This document shows positions 28,299 to 40,047 of a stretch of 64,000 nt of DNA, in pieces. The notes under the pieces are model-generated. The model ran no database searches. It worked only from the letters and a program-made list of their open reading frames with translations, and was not told the DNA's origin. The stretch lies in the NCBI GenBank assembly GCA_038231275.1, contig JBBRLQ010000002.1:384001-448000 (forward strand), read 5' to 3'. Position numbers and translations under genes: made by a program. Source of the stretch: Polyangiales bacterium (GTDB taxonomy: Bacteria > Myxococcota_A > Polyangia > Polyangiales > Polyangiaceae). Positions within the stretch are counted from its first letter, which is position 1, and every line of letters begins with the position of its first letter.

Positions 28299-29576
28299 GT
28301 GCGTCTCGCGCTGACGTTCGAGGAGCTCGCGCCAGGAGGCGACGCCGTCGCGATCGCGGAGATCGGCGGCGAGCGGCGCGCCGTGTTCGTGCGCGGCGGG
28401 TGCCCTGGCGATCGTGCGCTCGTCGAGGTCGACGCCGCCAAGCGCCCCGCGCGCGGCCGTCTCGTCTCGCTGGAGTCGGCCGGCGAGGATCGCGTCGCGT
28501 CTCCGTGCAAATACACCGAAGCGTGCGGCGGGTGCGATTGGTTGCACATTGCACCTTCTTCGCAGGCGCGACACCACGCGGAGATCGTCCGCCGCGCGCT
28601 ACCAGAGGCGTGGCGCGCGCACCCGGTCACGTCCCACCCCGCGGCTGCTCCGCTCGGCTATCGAACGCGCGCCCGCCTCCACGCGCGCGTGAGCGGCGGC
28701 CGCGCGATCTGCGGGATGAACGAAGCCCAGGGACACGACCCGGTCGAGGTCGACCGCTGCGTGGTGCTCGCCCCTGAGCTCGACGCCGCGCGCGCTCGCC
28801 TCGCGCCGCTCCTCGAGGGCGCGCACGGACGCGGCGACGCGCAGATCGCCCTCGGCGCCGTCGGCGAGGGTCCCCGCAAGCCGGTCCTCGAGCTGCGCTG
28901 GAGCGGCGTCCTCGCTCCTCAGGTCTACGCCCGGATCGAGCGCGCGATCCAGCTCGGCGAGTGGGCCGGCGCGCGCGTCTTCGCCGGCGACGTCTCGCGA
29001 CCCGCAACGATCGGCGATCCGACGCCGTGGATGCAGGGCGCCGATGGACGTCCCATCCGGCTCGCTCCCGGCGGCTTCGGTCAAGCCGCGGAGTCGCTCA
29101 ACGTCGAGCTCGCGCGACGCGTCGCAGAGCTCGCAGTCCACGCGCGCGGCAAAAAGGTCCTGGAGCTCTTCGCGGGCGCGGGCAACCTCACCGTCCTCCT
29201 CGCCGCCCGAGAGGAGCACAGCGTCACCGCGATCGAATCGGACCGCGCCGCATGCGAGGCCGCCCGCACGAACCTCTCCGCGCGCGATCTCCGCGCGAAG
29301 ATCGTCGAGGCGGACGCGGAAGAAGCGGCGATCCCGCCCGGCACGGACCTCGTCGTCCTCGACCCACCGCGCACCGGCGCACGCAAGGCCACGTCGACCT
29401 TGGTCGCCAGCAAAGTGAAGCACGTCATTTACGTGTCGTGCGATCCACAGACACTGGGCCGCGACCTCGGGGTCCTCTCCGCGCGCTTCGATCCTCGCGC
29501 GATCGAGACGTTCGAGATGTTCCCCGGAACGAGCCACGTGGAGACCGTCGTCCACATGGAGCGGCGACGCCCATGA
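28299..29576 (+). CDS. rlmD: 23S rRNA m5U methyltransferase, RlmD/RumA (TrmA) family
   Basis: TRAM N-terminus, C-x5-CGGC, LELFAGAG, DPPRTG, YVSC and FPGTSHVE motifs. Confidence 0.85.
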   Translation: MRLALTFEELAPGGDAVAIAEIGGERRAVFVRGGCPGDRALVEVDAAKRPARGRLVSLESAGEDRVASPCKYTEACGGCDWLHIAPSSQARHHAEIVRRALPEAWRAHPVTSHPAAAPLGYRTRARLHARVSGGRAICGMNEAQGHDPVEVDRCVVLAPELDAARARLAPLLEGAHGRGDAQIALGAVGEGPRKPVLELRWSGVLAPQVYARIERAIQLGEWAGARVFAGDVSRPATIGDPTPWMQGADGRPIRLAPGGFGQAAESLNVELARRVAELAVHARGKKVLELFAGAGNLTVLLAAREEHSVTAIESDRAACEAARTNLSARDLRAKIVEADAEEAAIPPGTDLVVLDPPRTGARKATSTLVASKVKHVIYVSCDPQTLGRDLGVLSARFDPRAIETFEMFPGTSHVETVVHMERRRP

Positions 29577-29794
29577 GCGCGCGATCGGGGTCGGAGTCGG
29601 CGTCGGCGTCGGCGTCGGAGTCGGAGCGCAGAGGGGGTCCCTCGGCTTCGCCTCGGGATGACTTCAGGTTCACCTGCGAGGACTGCGCGCATTTCGTCGC
29701 CGAGACCGGCGTCTGTGCGAACGGCTACCCGAACGCCGAGCACCGGCGCGGCGCGCCAACGATTGTATTCTGCAAAGAGTTCGAGCTCGCGTGA
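29573..29794 (+). CDS. Small Cys-rich (putative metal-binding) protein
   Basis: CEDCAHF...CANGYP...H...FCKEFELA; overlaps both neighbours by 4 nt. Confidence 0.6.
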   Translation: MSARSGSESASASASESERRGGPSASPRDDFRFTCEDCAHFVAETGVCANGYPNAEHRRGAPTIVFCKEFELA

Positions 29795-30687
29795 GCTCTC
29801 ACCCCCCGACGCTGATCACGCTCGCGAAGCGGACGATCGCGACCCACGCGCTCTTCGGCAAAGGGACGCGCGTGCTCGTCGCCGTGAGCGGCGGGCCCGA
29901 CTCCATGGCGCTCCTTCACGTGCTGGCGCTGCTTCGCGGGAAGATCGGGCACACGCTCGTCGCGCACGGCGTCGATCACGGGCTCCGCGAGGAGGCGGCC
30001 GCCGAGCTCGATCTCGCCGAGCGTCTCGCCGAGCGCCTCGCGATCCCCTTCGGACGTTCGCGCGTCCTGGTCTCGCGCGGCGGCAACCTCCAGGCCCGCG
30101 CGCGCGACGCCCGGTACGCCGCGCTGAAGGTGGCCGCACGCGCGGCGGGTGCGCACGTCATCGCGACGGCCCACCACGCCGACGATCGCGCCGAGACATT
30201 CCTCCTGCGCCTCCTCCGTGGGAGCGGCCCCTCCGGCCTCGCCGTCCTGCCGCCGCGGGCGCGCGACGATGACCTCGTCCGCCCCCTCATCCACGCGCGC
30301 AAGATCGACATTTTGACGCACCTTGTCCGACACGAAATCGACGCGGCCCGTGATCCCTCGAACCTCGATCCACGCTTCGACCGCGTTCAGGTTCGGACGC
30401 GCCTCCTCCCGCTCCTCTCGGAGCTCAGCCCCGGAATCGTCCTCCACCTCGGCGCGCTCGCCGACCAGCTTGCCGCGCTCCCCGATGACCCGCTTGCAGG
30501 AATTCCTCGCAAATCACGCGAGGCGCTGCTCGACCTCGCGCGCCGGGCGAGGCCGTCCGCGCGCGTCCGCTTGGGGGGTGACCTTGTCGCGCGCATCGAC
30601 CGTACACATCATGAGGTGGTGACGGAAGCGGCGGCGCCTCGCCCCAGGGGGCCTCGAGCGTGCAAAAAAGGCACGGATCCCATGTAG
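29791..30687 (+). CDS. tilS: tRNA(Ile)-lysidine synthetase TilS (short form)
   Basis: VAVSGGPDS, DHGLR, ARDARY, TAHHADD.AET and DPSN motifs; directly upstream of ftsH. Confidence 0.9.
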   Translation: MSSHPPTLITLAKRTIATHALFGKGTRVLVAVSGGPDSMALLHVLALLRGKIGHTLVAHGVDHGLREEAAAELDLAERLAERLAIPFGRSRVLVSRGGNLQARARDARYAALKVAARAAGAHVIATAHHADDRAETFLLRLLRGSGPSGLAVLPPRARDDDLVRPLIHARKIDILTHLVRHEIDAARDPSNLDPRFDRVQVRTRLLPLLSELSPGIVLHLGALADQLAALPDDPLAGIPRKSREALLDLARRARPSARVRLGGDLVARIDRTHHEVVTEAAAPRPRGPRACKKGTDPM

Positions 30688-30798
30688 TTCAGCCGTGGCC
30701 CAAAACATGGAGGGTCCTAGGCGAATCCGAGACGCGATGGTACGCATCAGAATACGTAGTAGCTTTCTAGAGGTCTCTTTCCCGCGGCCGTCTCTGAG

Positions 30799-32748
<1,950 letters not shown>

Positions 32749-32774
32749 ACGGACAGGCGCTTAACTGCGCGAAA

Positions 32775-32808
32775 CGAGGGCGCCTCCGGTTTCCGGACGG
32801 CGCCCTCG
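32775..32808 (+). terminator. Hairpin/terminator after ftsH
   Basis: CGAGGGCGCC-TCCGG-TTT-CCGGA-C-GGCGCCCTCG; weak U-tract. Confidence 0.55.
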
Positions 32809-32914
32809 GCGCATTTTCGGCGCCCGGGGAGGCGCGCCTGTGCCTTGCGCTAAAGCTCGGTAGGCACTAAGTTTTGCGACCCTTCAGCACGTTTGCCTAC
32901 AAGGAGCACGCGTC

Positions 32915-33931
32915 ATGTCCACGAAGATTGCCATCAACGGGTTCGGTCGCATCGGTCGCTGCATCCTTCGCGCGATCCATGAGCGCAACATCAACGACCT
33001 CGAGCTCGTGGCAATCAACGATCTGACGGACGCGAAGACGCTCGCGCACCTCTACAACTACGACACCGTCCACGGCCGCGCGAAGGCGAAGGCGACGCCG
33101 GGCGAAGGCTCGCTGACGGTGGACGGCCACAAGGTGAAGATCACGGCCGAGAAGGATCCGGCGAAGCTGCCGTGGAAGGAGCTCGGCGTCGACATCGCGT
33201 TCGAGTGCACCGGCCTCTTCACCGACAAGGAGAAGGCGCAAGCGCACATCGCGGCGGGCGCCAAGAAGGTCATCATCAGCGCGCCGGCGAAGAACCACGA
33301 TCTGACGGTGGTGCTGGGCGTGAACACGGAGAAGTACGACTCCGCGAAGCACCACATCCTGTCGAACGGCTCGTGCACGACCAACTGCCTCGCCCCGATC
33401 GCGAAGGTCCTCTTGGACAGCTTCGGGCTGAAGCAGGGCCTCATGACGACGATCCATTCGTACACCAACGACCAGGCCGTCCTCGACATCCCGCACCGCA
33501 AGGGGGACCTGCGGCGCGCGCGCGCGGCGGCGATGAACATGATCCCGTCGTCGACCGGCGCGGCCAAGGCCCTGGCCGAGGTCATTCCGGAGCTGAAGGG
33601 GAAGTTCGACGGGCAGTCGATGCGCGTGCCGACGATGGACGTCTCGATCGTCGACCTCACCTTCGAGAGCGAGCGGCCGATGACGAAGGACGCGATCCAC
33701 GCCGCGATGAAGGCCGCGAGCGAGGGCTCGATGAAGGGCATCCTCGGCTACACCGAAGAGCAACTCGTCTCGAGCGACTACATCGGCGACCCGCGCTCGT
33801 CGATCTTCGACGCGACGATCACGCAGGTGATGGGCGACCGGTTCGCGAAGGTCTTCTCCTGGTACGACAACGAGTGGGGCTTCTCGAACCGCATGATCGA
33901 TCTCGCCCAGATCGTCGGCGCCAAGCTCTGA
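32915..33931 (+). CDS. gap: Type I glyceraldehyde-3-phosphate dehydrogenase
   Basis: INGFGRIGR, SCTTNCL and WYDNEWG motifs. Confidence 0.97.
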   Translation: MSTKIAINGFGRIGRCILRAIHERNINDLELVAINDLTDAKTLAHLYNYDTVHGRAKAKATPGEGSLTVDGHKVKITAEKDPAKLPWKELGVDIAFECTGLFTDKEKAQAHIAAGAKKVIISAPAKNHDLTVVLGVNTEKYDSAKHHILSNGSCTTNCLAPIAKVLLDSFGLKQGLMTTIHSYTNDQAVLDIPHRKGDLRRARAAAMNMIPSSTGAAKALAEVIPELKGKFDGQSMRVPTMDVSIVDLTFESERPMTKDAIHAAMKAASEGSMKGILGYTEEQLVSSDYIGDPRSSIFDATITQVMGDRFAKVFSWYDNEWGFSNRMIDLAQIVGAKL

Positions 33932-33944
33932 GCGGCGCGCCGTC

Positions 33945-35156
33945 ATGACAGCCAATCCGCTCCAAGGCATCAAGGCGATCAAAGATCTGCCGATCGAGAA
34001 CAAGAAGGTCTTCGTCCGCGTCGACTTCAACGTCCCGCTCGACAAGAAGAATCCTTCGCTCATCACAGATGATTCTCGTATCCGGGAAGCCATCCCGACC
34101 ATCAAGCACGCGCTCGAGCGCGGCGCGCGGGTCATCCTCGCGAGCCACCTGGGGCGACCAAAGCCGGGGAAGACAGCGGGCCTCGGCATGGAGGCGTGCG
34201 GCGCGCGCCTCGCCGAGCTGATGGGCATCGAGGTCCACGTCCCCGAGGACTGCATCGGGGACGCGCCGAAGAAGGTCATCCAGGATCTGCGCGCGGGCCA
34301 GGTGTGTCTGCTCGAGAACCTCCGCTTCCACGAAGAAGAGGAGAAGGACGACCCCGACTTCGCGCAGAAGCTCGCGAACCTCGCCGAGGTGTACGTCGAC
34401 GACGCGTTCGGAGCGGTCCACCGCGCGCACGCAAGCGTGCATGGGATGGCAAAGCTCTTCGCCGATCGCGGGTGCGGGTTCCTCCTCGAGAAGGAGATCG
34501 CCGCTCTCGGAAAGCTGGTGCTCGGCGCCGACAAGCCGTACGTCGCGGTGCTCGGCGGGGCCAAGGTGAGCGACAAGATCGCCGTCATCGAGGCGCTCCT
34601 CGCGCACGTGGACGCGCTCGTCATCGGCGGCGCGATGGCCAACACGTTCCTCGCGGCGAAGGGCGTGAATGTCCAGGCCTCTCGGGTCGAGGAGGACAAG
34701 CTGGCGCTCGCGCGGACGCTGCTCGAAAAGGCGGCAGAAAAGAGGGTCGAGATCCTCCTTCCGGTGGACGTGGTCGTCGCGGAGAGCCTGGAATCGACCG
34801 AGGGCAAGACGGTGCGCGTGTCCGAAATTCCGGAGGGACACATGGCGCTCGACATCGGGCCCGACACGATCGCTGCCTTCGGAAAGCGCTTCGAAACCGC
34901 GAAGACGATCTTCTGGAACGGGCCGATGGGCCTCTTCGAGAAGAAGGCGTTCGCTGCGGGCTCGTTCGGCGTCGCGAAAGCGATGGCCGACTCGAAGGCG
35001 TTCACGGTGGTGGGCGGTGGGGACAGCGCGGCGGCGGTCCACGCCGCCGGCGGCGACATCGCGCAGAAGATGGGCCACATCTCGACGGGCGGCGGCGCGT
35101 CGCTCGAGCTCATCGAGGGGAAGAAGCTGCCGGGGATCGAGGTTCTGCGCTCATGA
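33945..35156 (+). CDS. pgk: Phosphoglycerate kinase
   Basis: RVDFNVP, SHLGRP, LENLRF, WNGPMG and STGGGASL motifs. Confidence 0.97.
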   Translation: MTANPLQGIKAIKDLPIENKKVFVRVDFNVPLDKKNPSLITDDSRIREAIPTIKHALERGARVILASHLGRPKPGKTAGLGMEACGARLAELMGIEVHVPEDCIGDAPKKVIQDLRAGQVCLLENLRFHEEEEKDDPDFAQKLANLAEVYVDDAFGAVHRAHASVHGMAKLFADRGCGFLLEKEIAALGKLVLGADKPYVAVLGGAKVSDKIAVIEALLAHVDALVIGGAMANTFLAAKGVNVQASRVEEDKLALARTLLEKAAEKRVEILLPVDVVVAESLESTEGKTVRVSEIPEGHMALDIGPDTIAAFGKRFETAKTIFWNGPMGLFEKKAFAAGSFGVAKAMADSKAFTVVGGGDSAAAVHAAGGDIAQKMGHISTGGGASLELIEGKKLPGIEVLRS

Positions 35157-35962
35157 ATCCCACGAGGCGGCCGCTCATCGCGGGAAACTGGAAGATGCAC
35201 CACGGCGGCCCGACCGGCGTCTCGCTCGCGGCGGACGTGGCGGCGATGGCCAAGACGGTTCCCCACACCGACGTCGTCATCGGCCCTCCGTTCACCGCCC
35301 TCGCGGCGTGCGCGGCAGAGGTTCATGGCACTCCATTGACGATCGCCGCCCAGAACATGCACGCGAAGGGCAGCGGCGCATTCACCGGCGAGATCAGCGC
35401 CGCCATGCTCAAGGACGCAGGCTGCACGTGGGCCATCCTCGGGCACAGCGAGCGGCGCCAGCTCTTCGGCGAGACGGACGAGTCGGTGGCGGAGAAGACC
35501 GTCGCCGCGCTCGCCGCCAAGCTGCTGCCCATCGTCTGCGTGGGTGAGACGCTGAAGGAGCGCGAGGCCGGCGAGACGCTCCGCGTCGTGAAGCGCCAGA
35601 TCGACGCCGTCCTCGACATCCTCGCGCAAGACGCCAACGGCGGCGGCACGCCCGTCGCCATCGCGTACGAGCCCGTGTGGGCCATCGGCACCGGCAAGAA
35701 CGCGGGGCCTGCGGAGGCGGAGGAGGTCCACGAAGCCATCCGCACGTGGCTCGGCGGCAAATCGAAGGAGCTCGCCGTGCGCACGCGTATCCTCTACGGC
35801 GGGTCCCTGAAGCCCGACAACGCCGCGGGACTATTGGGTTGTCCGAACGTCGACGGCGGGCTCATCGGTGGCGCGAGCTTGGATGCGGCGCAGTTCGGTG
35901 CTATCGCCCGTGCGGCAGAGGCCATCGCCTCCGTCGCCCCTGGCACCACTAGAAGGTCCTGA
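35153..35962 (+). CDS. tpiA: Triosephosphate isomerase
   Basis: AGNWKM, GHSERR, AYEPVWAIGTG and GGASL motifs. Confidence 0.97.
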   Translation: MNPTRRPLIAGNWKMHHGGPTGVSLAADVAAMAKTVPHTDVVIGPPFTALAACAAEVHGTPLTIAAQNMHAKGSGAFTGEISAAMLKDAGCTWAILGHSERRQLFGETDESVAEKTVAALAAKLLPIVCVGETLKEREAGETLRVVKRQIDAVLDILAQDANGGGTPVAIAYEPVWAIGTGKNAGPAEAEEVHEAIRTWLGGKSKELAVRTRILYGGSLKPDNAAGLLGCPNVDGGLIGGASLDAAQFGAIARAAEAIASVAPGTTRRS

Positions 35963-36312
35963 TGCTGACCACGATCCTCGACATCATCCACATCGGCGCG
36001 TGCGCGGTCCTCATGTTCGTCGTGCTCCTCCAGCAGGGCAAGGGCGGCGGGCTCGGCGCGGCGTTCGGCGGCGGCGCTGCGGCGCAGGTCTTCGGCGGTC
36101 GGGGGGCCGGCAACATCCTGACGCGCGCGACGGCGATCTGCGCGGGCATCTTCATGCTCACGAGCGTGTCGCTGGCGTACCTCTCGTCGAGCGGCGACCG
36201 CGCGCTCAAGGCGAAGGCGGCGCAAGAGGCGGCGAAGAAGACGAACGACAAGGGCACCGCGCGTCCGAAAGAGGCGAAGCCGGAGCCCAAGCCGCAGGAC
36301 GCGCCGAAGTAA
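35962..36312 (+). CDS. secG: Preprotein translocase subunit SecG
   Basis: VLLQQGKGGGLGAAFGG; two TM helices; follows tpiA. Confidence 0.92.
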   Translation: MLTTILDIIHIGACAVLMFVVLLQQGKGGGLGAAFGGGAAAQVFGGRGAGNILTRATAICAGIFMLTSVSLAYLSSSGDRALKAKAAQEAAKKTNDKGTARPKEAKPEPKPQDAPK

Positions 36313-36454
36313 ACCCCGGAGCATGGAGCATGCTCCGGGATTTACTCGTCGTCTTGTGGGGCTTCGCCCCTCCGCCGCTTCGCGTCGGAACCACCCCATG
36401 TGCCTGCGCCAACCGTGCTGACGCACGGACGAGACTAGAGCCCCAAAAGACGAC
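36309..36454. repeat. Palindrome plus inverted-repeat-bounded structured element (REP/MITE-like)
   Basis: 17-bp IR at 36309-36325/36329-36345 and 16-bp IR at 36348-36363/36439-36454, each with one mismatch; internal CTTCG hairpins. Confidence 0.6.
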
Positions 36455-36459
36455 CGCGC

Positions 36460-37779
36460 GTGCACGCTGAGGAAGGGCGCCGGCGAGACGGGCTCGGCGT
36501 CGACGTCGCGCTCCTGATGGCCTTGAAGGCCGCAGTGACCGTGGGAGTCCTCGCGCTCGGCTTCACGCACGTGTCCGACGATGATTACGCGCGCGTCGTG
36601 ATCGCGGAGTCGTTCGCGCACGCGCCAAAGCTCGATCCGACGGGGACGAGCTGGCTGCCCCTGCCCTTTTGGGTCTACGGCGGCGCGATGATGGCGCTCG
36701 GACGCTCGCTCGGAACCGCGAACGCGCTCGCGGGCGTCCTCGGCGTCGTCGCGACGGCGGCGCCGTACCTCGCCGCGCGGGCGGCCGGTGTGGCACGGCT
36801 CCCGGCGGTGCTCGGAGTCCTCTTGGCGACGACGCTGCCGTGGAGCGCGTGGACGGGCGCAGCGCCGATCCCGGAGATGCCCGCGGCGGCGCTGGTCGCG
36901 ACGGCGGCGCTCGGGTGCGCGTGTCCGCGCGTGCCGTGGTGGGCGGCGGCGTGCGCGTTCGCGGCGGCGCTCTCGCGGTACGAGGCGTGGCCGGTGTGCG
37001 CGATCGTCGCGTTGGCCGCGGTCGCGCGGGGGCGGCGTATTGGCTCGAAGTCGGGAGCATTGGGTGTCGCGGCGCTGGCGATGGCGGGGCCGGCCGTGTG
37101 GATCGCGTGGAACGCGCATGCGCATGGCGATCCGCTTCATTTCGTCGCACGGGTGAGCGCGTACCGGCAAGCGCTCGGCGCCGCGTCGATCCCGCTCGCC
37201 GAGAAGCTCCTCGGCAATCCGGTGGCGCTGATGCGCGGCGCGCCGTTCGTCGGGGTCCTCACGCTCGCGAGCCTCGGCGCGGTCGCGTGGCCCGACGTCC
37301 GCGCGCGCTGGGCGTGGCCGCTCGCGTGCGCCGTCGCGACGGTCGCGTTCCTCGTGTACGGCGATATTCGTGACGGCGCGCCCACACACCACCCAGAGCG
37401 CGCGCTCCTCGGCGCGTGGTGGATCCTCGTCGTGTTCGGCGCGGACGCGGTCGGCGCGTACGCCGCGCGCGCATGGCGGGCGGCGCCACGGGGGCTCGTG
37501 GTAGGTGCGGTCGCGGCGGGGGCCGCGGCTTTCCTTGGATTCTCCGTCGGCGGCTGGCCGGGCTATCCGGGGCGCGTGGGAGACGAGGATCGCGGCGCGC
37601 AGGTCGCGCGCGGTTACTTGCTGCGCGCCCGCGGCGCCGAGCATCTCGACGTGACGCCGTGCGCGTACGAGCACTTCGCGGTCCTCGCGGCGTACGGCGC
37701 TCCGGAGCGCGCGACGGTCGTGGCGTCTGCGCGCGCGCCGGTGGACGCGTCATGTCCGCGCGTCGTCGCTCGGCCCTGA
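36460..37779 (+). CDS. Multi-TM membrane protein, GT-C-like
   Basis: SDDDYARV acidic loop after TM1, WLPLPF and RYEAW motifs; many TM helices. Confidence 0.6.
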   Translation: MHAEEGRRRDGLGVDVALLMALKAAVTVGVLALGFTHVSDDDYARVVIAESFAHAPKLDPTGTSWLPLPFWVYGGAMMALGRSLGTANALAGVLGVVATAAPYLAARAAGVARLPAVLGVLLATTLPWSAWTGAAPIPEMPAAALVATAALGCACPRVPWWAAACAFAAALSRYEAWPVCAIVALAAVARGRRIGSKSGALGVAALAMAGPAVWIAWNAHAHGDPLHFVARVSAYRQALGAASIPLAEKLLGNPVALMRGAPFVGVLTLASLGAVAWPDVRARWAWPLACAVATVAFLVYGDIRDGAPTHHPERALLGAWWILVVFGADAVGAYAARAWRAAPRGLVVGAVAAGAAAFLGFSVGGWPGYPGRVGDEDRGAQVARGYLLRARGAEHLDVTPCAYEHFAVLAAYGAPERATVVASARAPVDASCPRVVARP

Positions 37780-39411
37780 CGGTTTCGGTGCTGCCGGGGG
37801 CTGCGCGTCGCTGGCAACGTTGGCCGGGAGCCGGACCAGCGTCCCCGCGAGATCGAAGAGCTCCTCGGTGTGCGCGACGACGGCGATCAGCTTGTGGGGG
37901 GAGAGCTCCTTCACGATGGCGCGGACGCGCGCGATTCCCGCCTGATCCAGGTTCGCGTCGGGCTCGTCGAGGAGGAGCACGGGCGCGTCGATCGCCAGTA
38001 CACGAGCGAGCGCGACGCGCTGGCGCTGCCCGACGGAGAGGGTGCCGATGCGCACGTCGAGCGGCGGCGTACCGGACGACGTGAGCGCGGCCCACACCTC
38101 GACGCTCTGGAGGACGGCGTGCATCGCGTCGTCGGTCGCGTCGGGAGCGAGGAGGTGAATGGCCTCGCGCACCGTCGCGCGATCCGAGAGGTACGGGCGC
38201 TGCGCGAGGTAGGCGATTCCGCGCCGCCAGGCGGCGCCGTCTAGCTCGCGGAGATCGCGGCCATCCACAAGAATTTTGCCCGCCGTCGGCTTCGCCAAGC
38301 CGAGCAGGAGCCGCAACGCCGTGCTCTTGCCTGCGCCGTTCGGGCCCGTGAGCACGAGCGGCGCCCCGCGACACCACGAGAACGATGCGGCCGACAGCGC
38401 GACCCGGCCGGCGCTCGTATACGCGAACGCCGCGCCTTCGGCGTCCACCCGCCGCGGTGCTTCCCCGAGGACGTGGCCCGTTCGCGCGTGCTCACCACGC
38501 GCGCCTTCGAGGATCTCCGCCAGCGCGCGCACACGCGTCCCCACGCGCACGACTTCGTGAAGCGCTCGAGCGAGACCGACGAACGACGGCAGCCCGGCAA
38601 CGACGAGCGCGGTCTCCAACGCCGTCCGCCCTTCGAGCATCTGCTTCCACGACGCTCCTGCCCAGATCCCGATGGCGAGCCCGAGCACCAACGCCAAAAT
38701 CGGCAGGCGACCCACCAACATGCTGAGCCGATCGGCGTGCAGCGACGCGCGACGCCACGCCGCGAGCCTCCCCTTCACGTCTCCTAGGAAGGCGACTTCG
38801 CGGCCGTTTGCGACCAGCTCGAGTCGGCTGGAGAGCATCGCGAGCAGATCGTCGACGACAGGCCCGTGCAATCGCCACGCGCGGTCCTCGTGCCGGCGTA
38901 CCGTTCGTCGGACGAGAATCGCAGCGCCGGCCGCCGCGCCGAGCCCAACCGCGGATGCGGCGACGACGCCGAATGGCTGCGCTGCGACGAACCACGCCAT
39001 GATGACGATCCCGACGAGCGCGTCGGCGACGAGGTCGGGCACGATGTCCGCGACGAATCTCGATCCGTAGACTGCCCCATCGAGCACCGCGCCTTGCGCG
39101 TCCTCGTCGTCGAGAGGGCTCGCGCGGAGGACGTCGCCGCCGAGGAGCGCGTGCGCGGTGGCCGCGTGGAGACGCTCCTGAACCGCGGAGCGCTGCGTGC
39201 TGCGCAAGATGGCGCGCGCGGCGTAAAGAGCCGCGAGGGCGCCGCTCGCGAGCAGCGCCGTCTCCCGTGTTCCGCGGACCAGCTCGAGCGCGAACGCGAT
39301 GGTCCCGGCGCGCTCGAGGACGAGGATCGCTGCGGAGACGGCGACGTCGCGAGTCGGCGAGGAGGCGGAGGCCGACCACACCGTCGAAAGCGGCCACGTG
39401 CGTCTGTGCAT
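37750..39411 (-). CDS. ABC exporter (TMD+NBD fusion), lasso cluster protein D
   Basis: GPNGAGKS, LSVGQRQR, LLLDEP and H-loop; last gene of the lasso operon; start uncertain. Confidence 0.8.
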   Translation of the reverse strand: MHRRTWPLSTVWSASASSPTRDVAVSAAILVLERAGTIAFALELVRGTRETALLASGALAALYAARAILRSTQRSAVQERLHAATAHALLGGDVLRASPLDDEDAQGAVLDGAVYGSRFVADIVPDLVADALVGIVIMAWFVAAQPFGVVAASAVGLGAAAGAAILVRRTVRRHEDRAWRLHGPVVDDLLAMLSSRLELVANGREVAFLGDVKGRLAAWRRASLHADRLSMLVGRLPILALVLGLAIGIWAGASWKQMLEGRTALETALVVAGLPSFVGLARALHEVVRVGTRVRALAEILEGARGEHARTGHVLGEAPRRVDAEGAAFAYTSAGRVALSAASFSWCRGAPLVLTGPNGAGKSTALRLLLGLAKPTAGKILVDGRDLRELDGAAWRRGIAYLAQRPYLSDRATVREAIHLLAPDATDDAMHAVLQSVEVWAALTSSGTPPLDVRIGTLSVGQRQRVALARVLAIDAPVLLLDEPDANLDQAGIARVRAIVKELSPHKLIAVVAHTEELFDLAGTLVRLPANVASDAQPPAAPKPSGPSDDART

Positions 39412-39433
39412 GGTTTCGCCGGAGACGCGGCCG

Positions 39434-39772
39434 TCAAAGCCGCGCCATCTCCTGGCCCACGACCTCTCCGTCGACCAACGGCTTACCCCGGAGCTCCACC
39501 CACGCGTGCGCTCGAACGGCCCCGACCCCCTCGGTTCGGACACCGATGACGACCTCGGCGTTCGGAAGACGCGCCGCAATGGCAAGGCTGCGGCTCAAGC
39601 AGGTTCCGACCGGCTTGAGCCGGGCGACGGCATCGCGCGCGGCCGCCTCGTCCAACCGGTGCGGAAGACGCGCCCCCAGCCGACCGATCAGCTCGTGCGC
39701 ATCCCGCGGCCTCATGAACGCGAGGGCGACGAGTGCCGCGAGGTTCAGCGCGTGGAGCGACAACATGGTCAC
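39434..39772 (-). CDS. Lasso peptide leader peptidase B2 (transglutaminase-like)
   Basis: CLSRSLA (Cys), VIGV and AHAWVE (His) motifs; GTGA overlap with B1. Confidence 0.85.
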   Translation of the reverse strand: MTMLSLHALNLAALVALAFMRPRDAHELIGRLGARLPHRLDEAAARDAVARLKPVGTCLSRSLAIAARLPNAEVVIGVRTEGVGAVRAHAWVELRGKPLVDGEVVGQEMARL

Positions 39773-40047
39773 ACGGGCTCGACCAGACCCCGTCGCACGA
39801 GCTCGTCGGTGAGCGACACCAAGTCCACGACGAGACGATCGAGCGTGACGTCGTGCTCGGGCTCCAGGCGCGCGGCGATCTGCTCCGGCGTCTCTCCCTG
39901 CACGAGACCGCTCCAGACACGCCCTCCCAGCTCGTCGAGGCCGAAGTACTCGCCGCGTTCGAGATCGAGCAGCACCATCTCGCCGTCGAACTCGCGAACG
40001 TGGATGCCCTTGGTCGGTCGCACGCGACCCGTTTTTCCGACGCTCAT
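39769..40047 (-). CDS. PqqD-family RiPP recognition element (lasso B1)
   Basis: EMVLLDLERGEYFGLDELGGRVW...GLV; 92 aa. Confidence 0.9.
   Translation of the reverse strand: MSVGKTGRVRPTKGIHVREFDGEMVLLDLERGEYFGLDELGGRVWSGLVQGETPEQIAARLEPEHDVTLDRLVVDLVSLTDELVRRGLVEPV

Noticed and set aside
36313-36459. tRNA-Leu expected after secG
   Set aside because: No T-loop GTTCRA or cloverleaf found; the region is inverted repeats instead
36460-37779. GT-C-like gene as a lasso glycosylation enzyme
   Set aside because: Opposite strand, convergent with the cluster and co-oriented with the housekeeping block; no evidence of linkage
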